Assembly: GCF_009834535.1 (NCBI RefSeq)
Contig: NC_045696.1
Span: 38,318,001 to 38,382,000, forward strand
DNA length: 64,000 bases
DNA from: Camelus ferus
Lineage: Eukaryota
Direction of reading: 5' to 3'
Part shown: positions 12,251 through 25,050 of the stretch, piece after piece
Numbering within the stretch: the first letter of the stretch is position 1
Layout of the letters: each line of letters opens with the position of its first letter
Notes under the pieces: generated by a model
The model's database searches: none
Told to the model about the DNA's origin: nothing
The model's input: the letters and a program-made list of their open reading frames with translations, nothing else
Program-made: the position numbers and the translations under genes

Positions 12251-15200
12251 TAGTTGCCCTCAGGAATCATTATATCCAAGATGTCCTTGAAATTTATGAA
12301 AGAAAGAACCCTTAGTGTACAAGTGATTCTTGCTTAACTAAAACTTCTCATTGAGCAGGATACATGAAGTTACAAAACTTACTTTTATCGTTATGTAATT
12401 CATTTCTGCACATCTTGATCCAAAAAAAAGTCATTATTAAATGACCATGAGACAGAAGGGCTCTATTCTACTCATCTTGGTCAGAAGAATAGATAAATTT
12501 TGCAAGATACTCTACTCTGCAGAAGAATATATGATTTAATTTTTGCTTCAGTGAGCTCTTTTCTACATTATATATCATTAAATTGTTTTATATATTGGTA
12601 TTTTAAGTCCTACATAGAAATAAAAAAAACACATAAGGTTGAGAAGTTGAGTATTTTGGATTGAATGTGTATTATGTAATAGCAAGCAGCTGACAGTATT
12701 GATCAACTTAACAGCAGAATTAATGTTAGGTTTGATACATATTTTCATCCTGTAATTTCTGTAATTACTGGCCTATGTACATCTGAATAGTTCACAGCTA
12801 GAGAATAAGTACATGTGTGTTTGTTTTTGTTTTAAATAGGGGCAAAAACTTTTACCCACTAACTATATGTAGTATAGGACTGAATTGCCAAAAAGTATAT
12901 TCATATAGGTTAGTGTTATGAATTAACTTCTATACTCTACTTTCTCTACCTTATTGAATCTTGTGATTCTTTAAGATTAAAGTTTCTCCTTCTTGTCCAA
13001 ACCTGCCAAACCACCTCAGTTCACAAATGTTGCTATCCTTTGGACACTTATTCTGTTTATTATATATACTGTTTATTTGTTTCTTATATTCAATTCTGTG
13101 CTGTCAAATGTGTTTTCATAATTTGCTACCTTAAAAATTAGGAACAGCAAAAATTCTTGTATCTTCTTTCTTCATTTCTCTTATTGAACTTAACATACAC
13201 TGTAAATTCACTAAATATTGTTTATTGCTTATTAACACATGATCTGTAGTATCCATGAAGTACTTTATAAGGCAAAAGTTTAAGGTAAAAGTTACCCAAT
13301 AATGGTACCCAATAATTGGGTACAACTACCAAATAATGAAGTAGAACATTAAAAGTTTTTAGAATATTTAACTCTCTTTGATATTAAAGAGTGATTATAG
13401 TATCTTACATTCCAAATTAGGATTTTTTTCATCATTACCATCTTTAGCCCTGGGAAGGGAAGACCTTACACTGTTCCTGGAGCTTTAGGTGACTTTACCC
13501 TTTCACTTCTCTAGCTACACCCCTTTTTGTGAGTCAGTGACCTCAGATGAAAAGGAAATATGCTACTTAGATCCTGTGCTTTCCCTTTGTACCACACTGT
13601 AGGTAAGACCCCAGGATTTCTTGCTCAGATGGCTTCCAGCCTTCTTTTAAGAACTTCAAGTCTTCTCGTTGGGGTCCACCCACCAATGGGTGTACTGTGC
13701 TACTGGTATGCTTAGCCTGGGTTGAACAGAGGACCAAAGTTGGCATCTTTTTGTAGCAGAGAGACACAGGTTGGACATGAGGCCTCAGATTACTCATACA
13801 TGTGCTAGTGTGAAGCCCTTCATGGTATGGGATAGTCAGGGAAGGGAATAGAAATGCTATTGACTGAGGTTAGGGGTTGGCTCTAGATGGACCACCACAT
13901 GCTGGCATGGTATTCTGAGGATTCCAAGTATTTTAAATTTGAACTTAGGCTTCTAGTATCTTTGTAAAGTAGGCAAATAGAACATACTTAGATTCTGATC
14001 TTATCTGGAGAATGATATATCATTTAAAAATATTTAGACATTTGGTATGTGAGCCCTCATGCTCCCATCCTTTCCTTTGACCCCACATTTTTAGAGACCT
14101 TATTAATTTTAATACTTGGAAATTATAACTAAAAGGTTGTATAACTATATAAATACAAATATAATTATTTAAATACAATATTTCCAAAGGATACATTATG
14201 ATTTAAATACAATACCATTTCTGTGTCTACTGATGTTAATATTTTTAGTAAATTTCATAGCCTTTTAGATCTTGTAGCAATCTTGAATTTATTTGTATTA
14301 TTGATTTAATTAATCATATTCAAATTTTAAAATCTAATTTCAATTACTTTCATTATTCTTGGCGAAGATGAAATTTAGCATGTGATCCGTTTTGACTATT
14401 TTGGTACCTGAATCTCATTTTAATTTCTTTTTTTTTTTAATTAAAGAGAGAAGAAATACTATTGTTTATCAAACATCATAAACTTAACATAGAAAATGAT
14501 GTACCATTTTGTTAAACATCCTTACGCAGTGCTTTGAGAAGAACCACATTTCTCATTATTTGTGCATGTTTTGTTAATTCCTTATCTCTTGGTTCAGATT
14601 AGTCCTGATTCAGAGAATGCATGTCATATTCTCCTAATTCCTGACCTTTTTTTCTATTAAACATTTTTCCCAAACCCAACATACATTAAAGTAAAGATAT
14701 GTAATGATTGTGGGTTTTTTTTTTTTTTTTGGTCATAGAGACAATTTTTCACATTTTAGTTAATCTCATATTTTAGAAGAATTGATTGATGAGCATAGTT
14801 AATACTTTTTATTAATATGAAGAGATAAAGTCTGAAGGTGTTAAGATGTAATTAGTCAAACAGAATTTATTGAGAGTATAGCTCTATATTTCTATACGGG
14901 AGAGTAGAATATGTGGTGTAGACAACAATAATACATTGCAATATTACATTTAAATAATGCAATTTACATACATTCCCTCAGAAACAAAATCAATTCTGAT
15001 TAGAAATTTATCTAAAATAAGAATAATCATACAGGCTCTCCAGTGGATAAAATGCTTAGAATTTTGAACACTTATTTTGACAGTTCTTAGATTTTATTAT
15101 TTGCATCTTGTCTTACTGTTTATTTTCTGAATGCTTAGTTTACCATTTTAGATAAGCTATGATAATGCTGGTTTGCCTTTAAATTTTAAAGTGTGGAGTC

Positions 15201-15959
15201 ATATAAGACCTATGATATGCTGATGAAAGGCATTTAGATGGGTAATTTCATGTGTGTCCATGAGATTACTGGATCGCCTGTGATAGACAATGGGTGTGTT
15301 TTATAAAATTACATCCACAGTTCTGAAAGAATTCATTTATTTTTCTGGAAATATATTCTGAATTTCAAGCAAGCAATTAACAAATGAAATTTTAGATAAA
15401 GAATTATTTTTAAGTTTTCTTGATGGATAATATAAATTATTTGTGGAAATTTAGAGTAGATAATTGAAAGTACTTAGTGCCTAACAGTAAGATAGACTAA
15501 GGAAAGTAGCCATTCTATAAGAAACTATACTAATTGAAATTCCACCAGTCTTGATTAAACTCTCTACAGCCAACTAAAATAAGAGAGTATAGACAGAATG
15601 AGTTAAATAATTTTATAAATCACTGAAGTATGATATCAAGAAATAACACTTATTCACTATAGAAAATAGCTTATCATTTCCACTATAATACAAATGAGAA
15701 ACTATGATAACTAGTATATTTTCCCAGAAAGACTATAAAATTTGTTTATTGAAAATTACTATAATTATAAAAATAAAATACATTACAATCTAAATTCGTA
15801 ATGTAGAAGTATGCAATATTAGATGTCTAAATAATGACATACCAATTGATTTCAGAGTGCTCAAAGATTTTTACTAAAATTTTAAAAAAGAATAAGCAAG
15901 ATTTTTCTATTTATATAAGTGGCAGAATGCTTTTATGTAAACACGCAGAAGTGAAGATA

Positions 15960-16400
15960 ATCCAGTGATCTAGCTCAGTGTGAAAGCCAAAGTGTTTCCA
16001 GTGCTTATAAAGGCTTTTTTTTTGCCCCTTCTTTGCCTCTCTGTCTAGTGCCCATCCATACTGTACCTAAAGCATACCTATACACTTCTGCGTCAGGGAT
16101 TTATGCTTACTGTTTCCTCCTCACGAGTTTCACTGTCTCACCTCCAAGACATTACTTAAATGCCACTACCTCAGTAAGGCCTTCTCTGGCCATGCTACTT
16201 AAAATTGCGACCCTCTTCCCCATCTCCCTGCCTTATTTTTTTCCCACTGTACTTTCTACCACATTATTCGGCTGACTTGTTTACAATTTTTATTGTCTCT
16301 CTTCAGTCTAAGCAGGATCTATGAGGGCAAGGAGTGTTTGTTCAGTGCTCTGTTTCTACTGCCCAGAAAAGTGCCTGACAAATAAATATTTCTTAAATAT
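15960..16400 (+). mobile_element. L2 3' fragment
   Basis: ACTTAAATGCCACTACCTCAGTAAGGCCTTCTCTGGCC...TATGAGGGCAAGGA...GTGCCTGACA...TAAATATTT. Confidence 0.7.
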
Positions 16401-16544
16401 GTCTATGGCATGTAAATATTTAATTGACTACTGATAAATACACCTCAGTTTGTGACAAATTGGATATGAAGACAAATAGGTAACTAAATGCATTTGTCAT
16501 TGGTGTAGTTATTTGATCAGTTAATCGATCAGTTATTTTTACAT

Positions 16545-16765
16545 TGTTTTTAGAGTACCAGAAACTATTTAAATTTCTTTACCTATATTAACTAATTTAT
16601 GCCTCACAACAATCCTATGAAACTGGTACTGTTATCAGTTCCATTGAGGAACTGAGGAAACTAGAGCTTAAGTAAAGCATCTCTTGGTGTTGCAACTAGC
16701 ATGTAAGAAGGCAAGATTCATACCAGGGCAGCTGCTATGCTCAGAACCCAAACTCTTTAACAGAA
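16545..16765 (-). mobile_element. MIR SINE, about 170 bp upstream of the exon
   Basis: CCTCACAACAATCCTATGAAACTGGTACTGTTATC...GAGGAAACT...GATTCATACCAGGGCAG antisense MIR core. Confidence 0.75.
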
Positions 16766-16864
16766 ATCTCCTGTTTAAAATCCTCCACCATTGTTGCTTT
16801 GCTCTGCTTCATTTGTATCCTTTTTAGTCATTTTTTCTTTTGGTAAAATAGAAAATGTTGGAAG

Positions 16865-16930
16865 TATTCGTATCTGTTTACAACTGTGGTTTTATAATCA
16901 TTTTATTTCTTTTTTTTTTTCTTTTTGCAG
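16865..16930 (+). promoter_or_regulatory. 3' splice acceptor with long polypyrimidine tract and AG-exclusion zone
   Basis: No AG between 16865 and 16928; T-rich tract ending ...CTTTTTGCAG immediately before the first exon codon TGG. Confidence 0.92.
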
Positions 16931-17594
16931 TGGGATGCCATCACTGAAATGGATGAACACAATAGGCCCATTCACACGTACCAGGTATGCAATGTGATGG
17001 AACCAAACCAAAACAACTGGCTTCGTACAAACTGGATCTCCCGTGATGCAGCTCAGAAAATTTATGTGGAAATGAAGTTCACACTGAGGGATTGTAACAG
17101 CATCCCATGGGTCTTGGGGACTTGCAAAGAAACATTTAATCTGTATTATGTGGAATCAGATGAGTCCCATGGAATTAAATTCAAGCCAAGCCAGTATACA
17201 AAAATTGACACAATTGCTGCTGATGAAAGCTTTACCCAGATGGATCTGGGTGATCGCATCCTCAAACTCAACACCGAAATTCGTGAGGTGGGGCCTATAG
17301 AAAGGAAAGGATTTTATCTGGCTTTTCAAGACATCGGGGCTTGCATTGCCCTAGTTTCAGTCCGTGTTTTCTACAAAAAATGCCCCTTCACTGTTCGTAA
17401 CCTGGCCATGTTTCCTGACACCATCCCAAGGGTTGATTCTTCCTCCTTGGTTGAAGTAAGGGGCTCTTGTGTGAAGAGTGCAGAAGAGCGTGACACTCCT
17501 AAACTGTATTGTGGAGCTGACGGAGATTGGCTAGTTCCTCTTGGGAGGTGTATCTGCAGTACAGGATATGAAGAAATCGAAGGTTCTTGCCACG
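16931..17594 (+). CDS. EPHA6: EPH receptor A6, large internal coding exon (exon 3 equivalent): ephrin ligand-binding domain and start of the cysteine-rich (sushi) region
   Basis: Translation [36 protein letters not shown]...[25 protein letters not shown]...[11 protein letters not shown]...[26 protein letters not shown]...[18 protein letters not shown] carries the Eph LBD hallmark motifs and matches EphA6 as I recall it. It is bounded by a poly-T tract + TTGCAG acceptor (AG 16929-16930) and a CACG|GTAAGA donor. Length 664 bp, phase 0 start, phase 1 end, no stops. Confidence 0.96.
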
Positions 17595-17600
17595 GTAAGA
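17592..17600 (+). promoter_or_regulatory. 5' splice donor ACG|GTAAGA
   Basis: Near-consensus GTAAG donor exactly where Eph similarity stops (…EGSCH); the frame then runs into AT-rich intron. Confidence 0.92.
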
Positions 17601-20129
17601 AACATTTAAATAATTTACCTTGCATTTAAATAATGGTTTTTAAAGGTAAATTTGTTGTATATTTATTTTCAAATAAGACATTTTTGAATGCTATTACTGG
17701 CAGGATTAACTATGGAAGAAATTAACTCATATTAAATATAAGATAATTTCTGATTTTTTTCCTACTGGAGATGGGGTATGAAAATGTAAAATAAATTATA
17801 TACCATGACAAATGTTCTTCCATATTGCCTTCTGTGAAGTAGTTGCTGTATGGTTTGCTGTATTTACCTAATTTTTACAAAGGAAGGCAATATCAATAGC
17901 AGAAGCAAAAAGCAAAAGTGATTCAGTTTGGGCATTTGTCTGTCTTTCATGTTTTGGTAGTTTACAGATAATATGACATTTAAAGACAGTTTTAAAGTAA
18001 TGCTTTCTTTCATGTAAAATGGTAATAATTGAATAGTACCTAGGTAAACTGAACTTACATTTAAATAAATTGAGGAATTCATATGTTGCGTATGAATCAT
18101 ATATATGTTTCAAAACATATAAGGTAGTTTATAGGAGTGTTACATGTTTGGTGATTTAGTACTGACTGTATGTATTAAAGCTTAATTTATTTTTTGCTAC
18201 TATTAAATACAGTTTCTCACCATTTACTACGTTAGTGGAGTTTGTACAAGATCTAATTGTTAGGAAGTATTAACACAGTGCAGTGCCGAATAAGTTTAAA
18301 ACATACCTTTCACATAGTTGTGATAAAGGAATATCTATATTTTCAAAATGAAACAATGTTTTCTTTTTATGTGATTCCTTTTATGAAAGCTTATTAATCT
18401 AATAAATATATACACTTAAAAATTTTTGCATATCCCCTAATAAAGGTAATTTATATCAATTTTGTTTGGATTTAGGACTCATAATAAAAATACAAATATA
18501 GAAATAAAATTATTGCTTGGTAAATAGTAATATAGTAGATATATTTTCCTTTAATGGTAAATTATTTATTCATTTTTTTCTATAGTACCATTTTTGAATT
18601 TATTGACTTCTTTGTTGATGCTATATTCCCACACATTAAATGGGATAAAAATAAATAAGAAAAAACATAATATGTTTCTATATAAGGGTCATGGATAATC
18701 TATGTGAATTTTTAAAGGTTTTATCTGTTTATAAAACTTAGGTTCTTAAAAGTCAAAAAGTCCACTAGAGCATCCAGTAATGATTATATTAGGTCATTTG
18801 AAAATATTGTCTGTATGAAATGTCTGTAGTATATTTTTATAAAGTGTGAACCAGCTTTCTTTCCTTCACTATTCAGTCATTAAGATGTGTTTCATGAAAG
18901 TCTGTCTATATAAATTTTAATTCAAAAATTTTATTCACCTATAACAAGGATTTAGAATGAAATAAGTTATAATACATTATGAATTATACTTTTAAGGTAC
19001 TCTATAAAATATTTTACATTGGAAAATGCACTAAAGACAAATTCACATTTATGAATAACTTTTCAATGAGATTAAGAAGGTAGTAATAGCCAAGGATAAA
19101 ACATATTACATATACTAACCATGTAGTTCTGCCATATTTTATATAAGGTAGAAGCAGGAATATTGGTGAAAATAATGTTTTTAATTACTTAAGGAATAAT
19201 TATATAAGGATTTATGTGATTAATTATTATTAAAAATATTTTATGGCATTGACCACAGAATCAGAGATAGTGACAGTCATTGATAGCTAGATATTTCTTT
19301 GCTTAATATTTTTGCTCTGTGAAATTTCATTCTTATTTACATACGTTAAAATTCCTTCACTTGTTGGGTAGAGATGATTTTGGACAAATGATAATTATTG
19401 GCTTATCTAGACTAATTTGTTTTTATGGCTTATTATTTTTATTATAACTTATTTGATTGCAAAAATGAGGCTGTGGATACAGAGCAAATGTTCATCATCT
19501 TGTAGTGGATGGCAGAAATTGGAAGATTAGGCTTGGATTCTAAATCTATGGCTTACTTACTTTGAAATCACAGTTTTCTTATCAATAAGTAGTGGTTATA
19601 ATAAATTAATGATAAAGCATATGAAAGACTATTAAACACAAACATATATGCTTGGTTCCAATTGAATACAGTACATTGCTATTTACAAGCACAAAGGAAG
19701 TCAGAGTGGATGTGAAGACCTCATTTTTGGACAAGGGTATCTTACACTACCACCAATTTCCATTTTAAACTATTTGTGTGTTCTTGAAGCTTCATCTTGC
19801 CGCTTTCTAGTCTCTGATAATAATTTCTACCACTGATTATATTGCTGTCTATTAACATCTTATCTCACATCCGAATCTCTGCATTAAATATAACCTAAAT
19901 GGCAAATTAATTAGAATTTAAGTGAATAAACCGTAGCTCAAGTAATAATGTAACTATATATGTATATATATAATGGGACAGGAAAAATAATGTCTGTATA
20001 CCACTTTTCTTTTCTTCTGTTCTTTTCTGTTGGAACATTTAATCTATTTAAACTAGTAACATTTTTGAGTACTTACTATATGTTAATTATTTTGATAGGT
20101 GGTAGAAGTAAATATAAATGAAAGCATAT

Positions 20130-21400
20130 ATTTCAGTTGTCTATTGCAATTGAGATAAAATAGCCCAAAACTTAATAGCTTAAAGGTATAATAATGTATG
20201 AGTTTTTAGGGCTCAGCTGGGTAGTTCTTCTGCTTATTGTAGAATAAGCAGAGGTCACTCTTGCCGCTGAATTCAGCTGGGAACTTGACTGGGGTTGGAA
20301 AGTCTAAGATGACTTGTCATCCAGGACCTCTCTCTGTATGACCTCACATCATTAAAGAATCTGAGAAGGGAGTTTTTCACTTGGCCAAGTATAAAGTGAG
20401 TATATGAGGGGACTACAAAAGGGGCTGAATACCTAGAATTATGTTTGCAAGGAGCTGCCAGTGTAACAGTATACCACAATCTACTCTCTGAATTCTCATG
20501 ATGAATGTCCCTACTTCATGCACAAAAGCCCACATCTTCCCCAAGATCTGTCCCATTATGGCATTGTGTTGAAAGTTCAGGAGAACTTCATTGAAATCAG
20601 TTCTAGATGTGAATGAAGCTTCATAGCTAAATCTCCCCTTGATCTGGAGAACTAGGGACTAAACGAGATAAGCTATCCTCACATACACAGCACACATGGG
20701 ACAGGGATAGGATAACTGTAAAAGATTCACACATTCCCAAAGGCAGGGAACAAACAGTCTGTCTGTTTGTGATTCAGAAATCCAATGAATGTTATCAGGA
20801 TTCCTAATTATAGGGGCAGGGAATGTTCTTTTATTAGAACCCAGTTCTGCAACCTGAGATTGCTTCTCTGTGGCTTCATCACTTGACTTTGCCCTGAGTC
20901 ATCCTCCTTAGTTATAAGAATTGCCCATGTAGCCAAATGGCCGGTTTAAACATCTGTTGTGAAAACTTAATTTAGTCCACAATATTATGAAGTGCTTTTT
21001 GTGTTTTCCAAGTTGTCACAGGTAGTATTCTTACCAGTTGTTGGATGACCTTTCATTATCTTATCGCTAATTGTAATTTTCTTACTGCTCTTCCATCCTC
21101 CAGTCATAGTCTCCTTGCCACTCTTCCAGTCTCCACAGTCTGTTTATTACCAAAACAAATGCTGTGTTTTAGAATTTAGTTATAGCAGCACTCCTTATCT
21201 TGTACAGGTCATTTGCTTACAGTCTGGAAATCTAGACTGGGTTCAGCTGGGTGGTTCTTCTGCTGACTTTATCTGGGATCATTTATGCCACTATGCAGAT
21301 GTTTACCAAGGCTAGACATCCAAAATGGCTTCACTCACTTGCCTGATGCTTCATCTGAGATGTTTGAGCCCCTTAGGTTGCTTACTGTCTAAATCCTGAT
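20130..21400 (-). mobile_element. Degraded MaLR element (MLT1 LTR - internal - partial LTR)
   Basis: The LTR motif GG(C/T)TCAGCTGGGT(A/G)GTTCTTCTGCT occurs twice (about 20210 and 21240), with MLT-internal-like sequence between. Confidence 0.6.
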
Positions 21401-24207
21401 AACAGTTTAAATGTTTCATGTGAGGAAATTATTGTTGTTTTTTTTTTCTTTTATTCTTGTATATCTATTTTTTCTTTCATACTTGTATATCTATTTCACC
21501 ATGGCATTCAAGGGACTTCACAATTTGGCCTTGTCCTATTATTTTCTAACTTCAGCAAATTCTGTTTCCTGTTCTGTTTTTATTACTTTTGAATAATCCA
21601 TGTATTTTCCATGTCTTTTGCTTTTTTTTTTTTTTTTTTTTCATATTTTATCTAGCTGCTTGGCGTCCCTTTCTTCTTCCTTTTCTGTGATGGAATTTTA
21701 TTCATCCTTCAGGGTCTAGCACAAATGTCATTCATCTAGATCTTCACAAAGTTAATGCCTCCTTCCTCTGTGCTACAATTTGTACTAATTAATTATGTGT
21801 CTGTTTCACCAGGGCTGTCAGATAAAAGAGTTATATTTAAAAATCATTTGTGTAATGAAGGTTAAGAAATGTATTGATATGAATAAATAGAACTAGGTTC
21901 TACTGAGTAGTTAAAGGTAGAAGCTGTTGGTATATTGACAGAGTATTCTGTTTCTTCTCAGTTCTGTGAAATGGGAAAGTTTTCTTTAGGGAGAGTTGTG
22001 GTATTTTAGGTCTGGAAAGTCTTAGAAAATATTTTTATTTTTCATTTTATGAATCAGCATTCTAAGTTACTGAAAATAGAATTCTATTTACTGGGCCCAC
22101 TCAGTAACTACTACTAAACTTAGAACTAAAGCCTAGATAATTCTCAGTCTGGTCTTTGTGTGTTTTCCCTCCCTACCTCCTGCCCTTCTCCACTTCTTCA
22201 CATATTCCCTTCTTTTCTCTTTCATTTCCTCATTCTAGGCATCCATGCCCTTACCTTGATACTTTAATTGTTCCTGCCTGCCAAACACAGTGCAGAGAAG
22301 CCCTAAGTTTCTCATCATTAATTAAGCCCTTTTTGCTCTGTGTTTATTTAGTGGAACCTCATATGGGCACTGTTAGAACAGAATCTGTATATCTATTCTG
22401 TGATTCAAGCTACTGAGAATGATAAAAAAAATATAAATTTATCTGGAACTTTGCTGTTAGAGATGGTAGAAAGGGAAAATCACAATGAGGCTTTAGGAAT
22501 GGTCATCATTACTTGCATAAATTTGAGAACCCTTGGCCTGCTATGTAACAAAAAAGCCACTTTAAAATAGTAAAAATCTGTGTTTCCCCATACTACCATA
22601 TCTAACGATGTATATTTATTTGTATTTAAATAACTTACTATATTTTATTTTAAAAGTTGTACTACTAAATGTTTGCACTTGAGATTCTGTTCTCTGTAAT
22701 ATTGTTAAGGACATATCTAGATTCAAATTCTAGAAGCACAAAAGGTAGAGGTACTTTTATTCTTACTGTTTTCAATCAGGTTTAAATAGACATAAACATT
22801 GTATTGAGCAGATATGCTAAAATTTAAAACCAAACACAGTACTTTAGGTTGTTCCACATAATAAGCAGTATTTTATACTTCATTCCAATCTCTGTTTTTC
22901 ATAACTTTTTATTTTATAGCTTCAGAATTAAGACTCATACTTAGACATATTGATGTTACAGATTTAATTAGATGTAATTTTTAAATTGTTTTAATTTATT
23001 CTAGTAAGGGTTTGAATAAAAAATAACATTGATTCATAAAGCATTAATTTGCATCAAATAGTCTTTCACTTCATATATCTAAGAATATTTTAACACTATG
23101 GAAGAAAATTGGAAACAATTAATATGCAAAATTGAACAATTTTTGTTCAGTTGTGACTTCTGAAGTGATGTGAATCCCTAATAAACTCCTCTGGGATATT
23201 AATTTAGAGTAAATCTTGTTAAGGTAATGGCACTTATACTTAGAGATACTAGTTAGTTAGGATTTGGTATTTTAAACCTGCTGGGAATATATACGTGTAC
23301 TTTTTGCAAAGATACCTTTTTTAAGCCTTTAAGTATCAGACGATATAATTTAACAGAATAACATTTGGCTGTGGAAATTAAAGTTCTAAAACATTGAGAA
23401 TGTTTTAAAACGTTTTCTAGAGACATGCCTTTATTTATTTATTTTTCCCCTAGTGCTGCTTTAAAATTCTGGAGGAAAGAATTATAGCAGTTCTCAGACC
23501 ATTGCTTTATTGCTCACAGAAGTGAATGGGATATGCAGGGCTTTTGGTGACATAGCTATTGATTTGAGCTCCTTAGGAATCTTGTAATTAAGGCTTCATG
23601 ATTCTGTCCTCTGCTGCAGTTCAGAAACATTTATGCTCTGTATTTATGATCTTCTGTCTAATCATGTTATCAGAGATGACTGTGGGAGCAGACCTCATAA
23701 AGAAATTTTGAAGCACTACGATTTGCTGGCATTAAATAAGGGGGTTTGAGGGTGTGATGAAAAGCTGAAAGGTGAGATTGGGATCAGAAAAAAGGGGCAG
23801 ACATATTGGCCCAAATAGTATTTTCACTTTCTAAAGGTTCTCACAAACTAAATATAAACACTTACAACTACAATATAGCCTTCAGTTCCAAATAAAGCTG
23901 CTTTATTGCATGAAGCAATTCCAGACTTTTATCCGGCTTGAGAAAAATATGAAATCAAGAGGCTCAAAGGAGCCTAAAAAAATAGAAGGTATTATTTCCA
24001 AGTAGAACAGAATGAAGTTAAATAATTATGTCAGAGTTTGTTCTTTGTCACAATTTAAAAAAATAGGTTAAAACATAAACTATCTTGAAATAATAATTTT
24101 TAGTAAATTATTTTGTCCAAATTTCAATTTTAATTTTAGTATCTGTTTTACTCTCTGCCAATTTGAAAACTTCAAATCATATTTCTTTAAGATCTATGCT
24201 TACTTAA

Positions 24208-24702
24208 CGATGAGGTGTCACCTCACACCAGCCAGAATGACCATCACTCAAGAGTCCACAAATGACCAATGCTAGAGGAGCTGTGGAAAAAAGGGAGCCC
24301 TCCTACACTGCTGGTGGGAATGCAGTTTGGTGCAGCCACTGTGGAAAACAGTATAGAGATTCCTCAAAAGACTAGGAATAGACTTACCATATGACCCAGT
24401 AATCCCACTCCTAGGCATATATCCAGAAGGAACCCTATTTCAAAAAGACACCTGCACCCCATTGTTCATAGCAGCACTGTTTACAATAGCCAAGACATGG
24501 AAACAGCCTAAATGTCCATCGACAGATGACTGGATAAAGCAGATGTGGTATATTTATACAATGGAATACTACTCAGCCATAAAAACGACAACATAACGCC
24601 ATTTGCAGCAACATGGATGTTCCTAGAGAATGTCATCCTAAGTGAAGTAAGCCAGAAAGAGAAAGAAAAATACCATATGAGATAGCTCATATGTGGAATC
24701 TT

Positions 24703-24733
<31 letters not shown>

Positions 24734-25050
24734 AACCATAAATATAAAACAGAAACAGACTCATAGACATAGAATACAAACTTGTGGTTGCCAAGGGGGT
24801 GGGGGGTGGGAAGGGACAGACTGGGATTTTAAAATTTGTAGATACTGACAGGTATATGCAGAATAATAAACAAGATTATACTGTATAGCACAGGGAAATA
24901 TATACAAGATCTTGTGGTAGCTCACAGCAAAAAAAAAATGTGACAATGAATATATGTATGTTCATGTATAACTGAAAAATTGTGCTCTACACTGGAATTT
25001 GACACAACATTGTAAAATGACTATAATTCAATTAAAAAATGTTTTTAAAA
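24208..25050 (+). mobile_element. Young 5'-truncated L1 (ORF2 C-terminus + 3' UTR + A tail)
   Basis: Starts ATGAGGTGTCACCTCACACCAGCCAGAATG (ORF2 C-terminal region) and continues through TGCTGGTGGGAATG, ATGGAATACTACTCAGCCATAAAAA and the 3' UTR. Degenerate 19-bp TSD AAGATCTATGCTTACTTAA (24189-24207) / AAGACCTATGATTAATTAA (25051-25069). Internal (CAAAA)n. Confidence 0.93.

Noticed and set aside
16505..16540. Repeated GATCAGTTA units forming an imperfect palindrome 400 bp upstream of the exon
   Set aside because: Short and imperfect, between L2 and MIR relics; not distinguishable from a micro-duplication.
17371..17625. 84-aa ORF antisense to the exon
   Set aside because: Shadow ORF typical of the opposite strand of coding sequence.
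16925..17629. 234-aa ORF as a stand-alone gene
   Set aside because: The 'start' is TTG inside the splice acceptor and the last 11 residues are mostly intronic; it is an internal exon.
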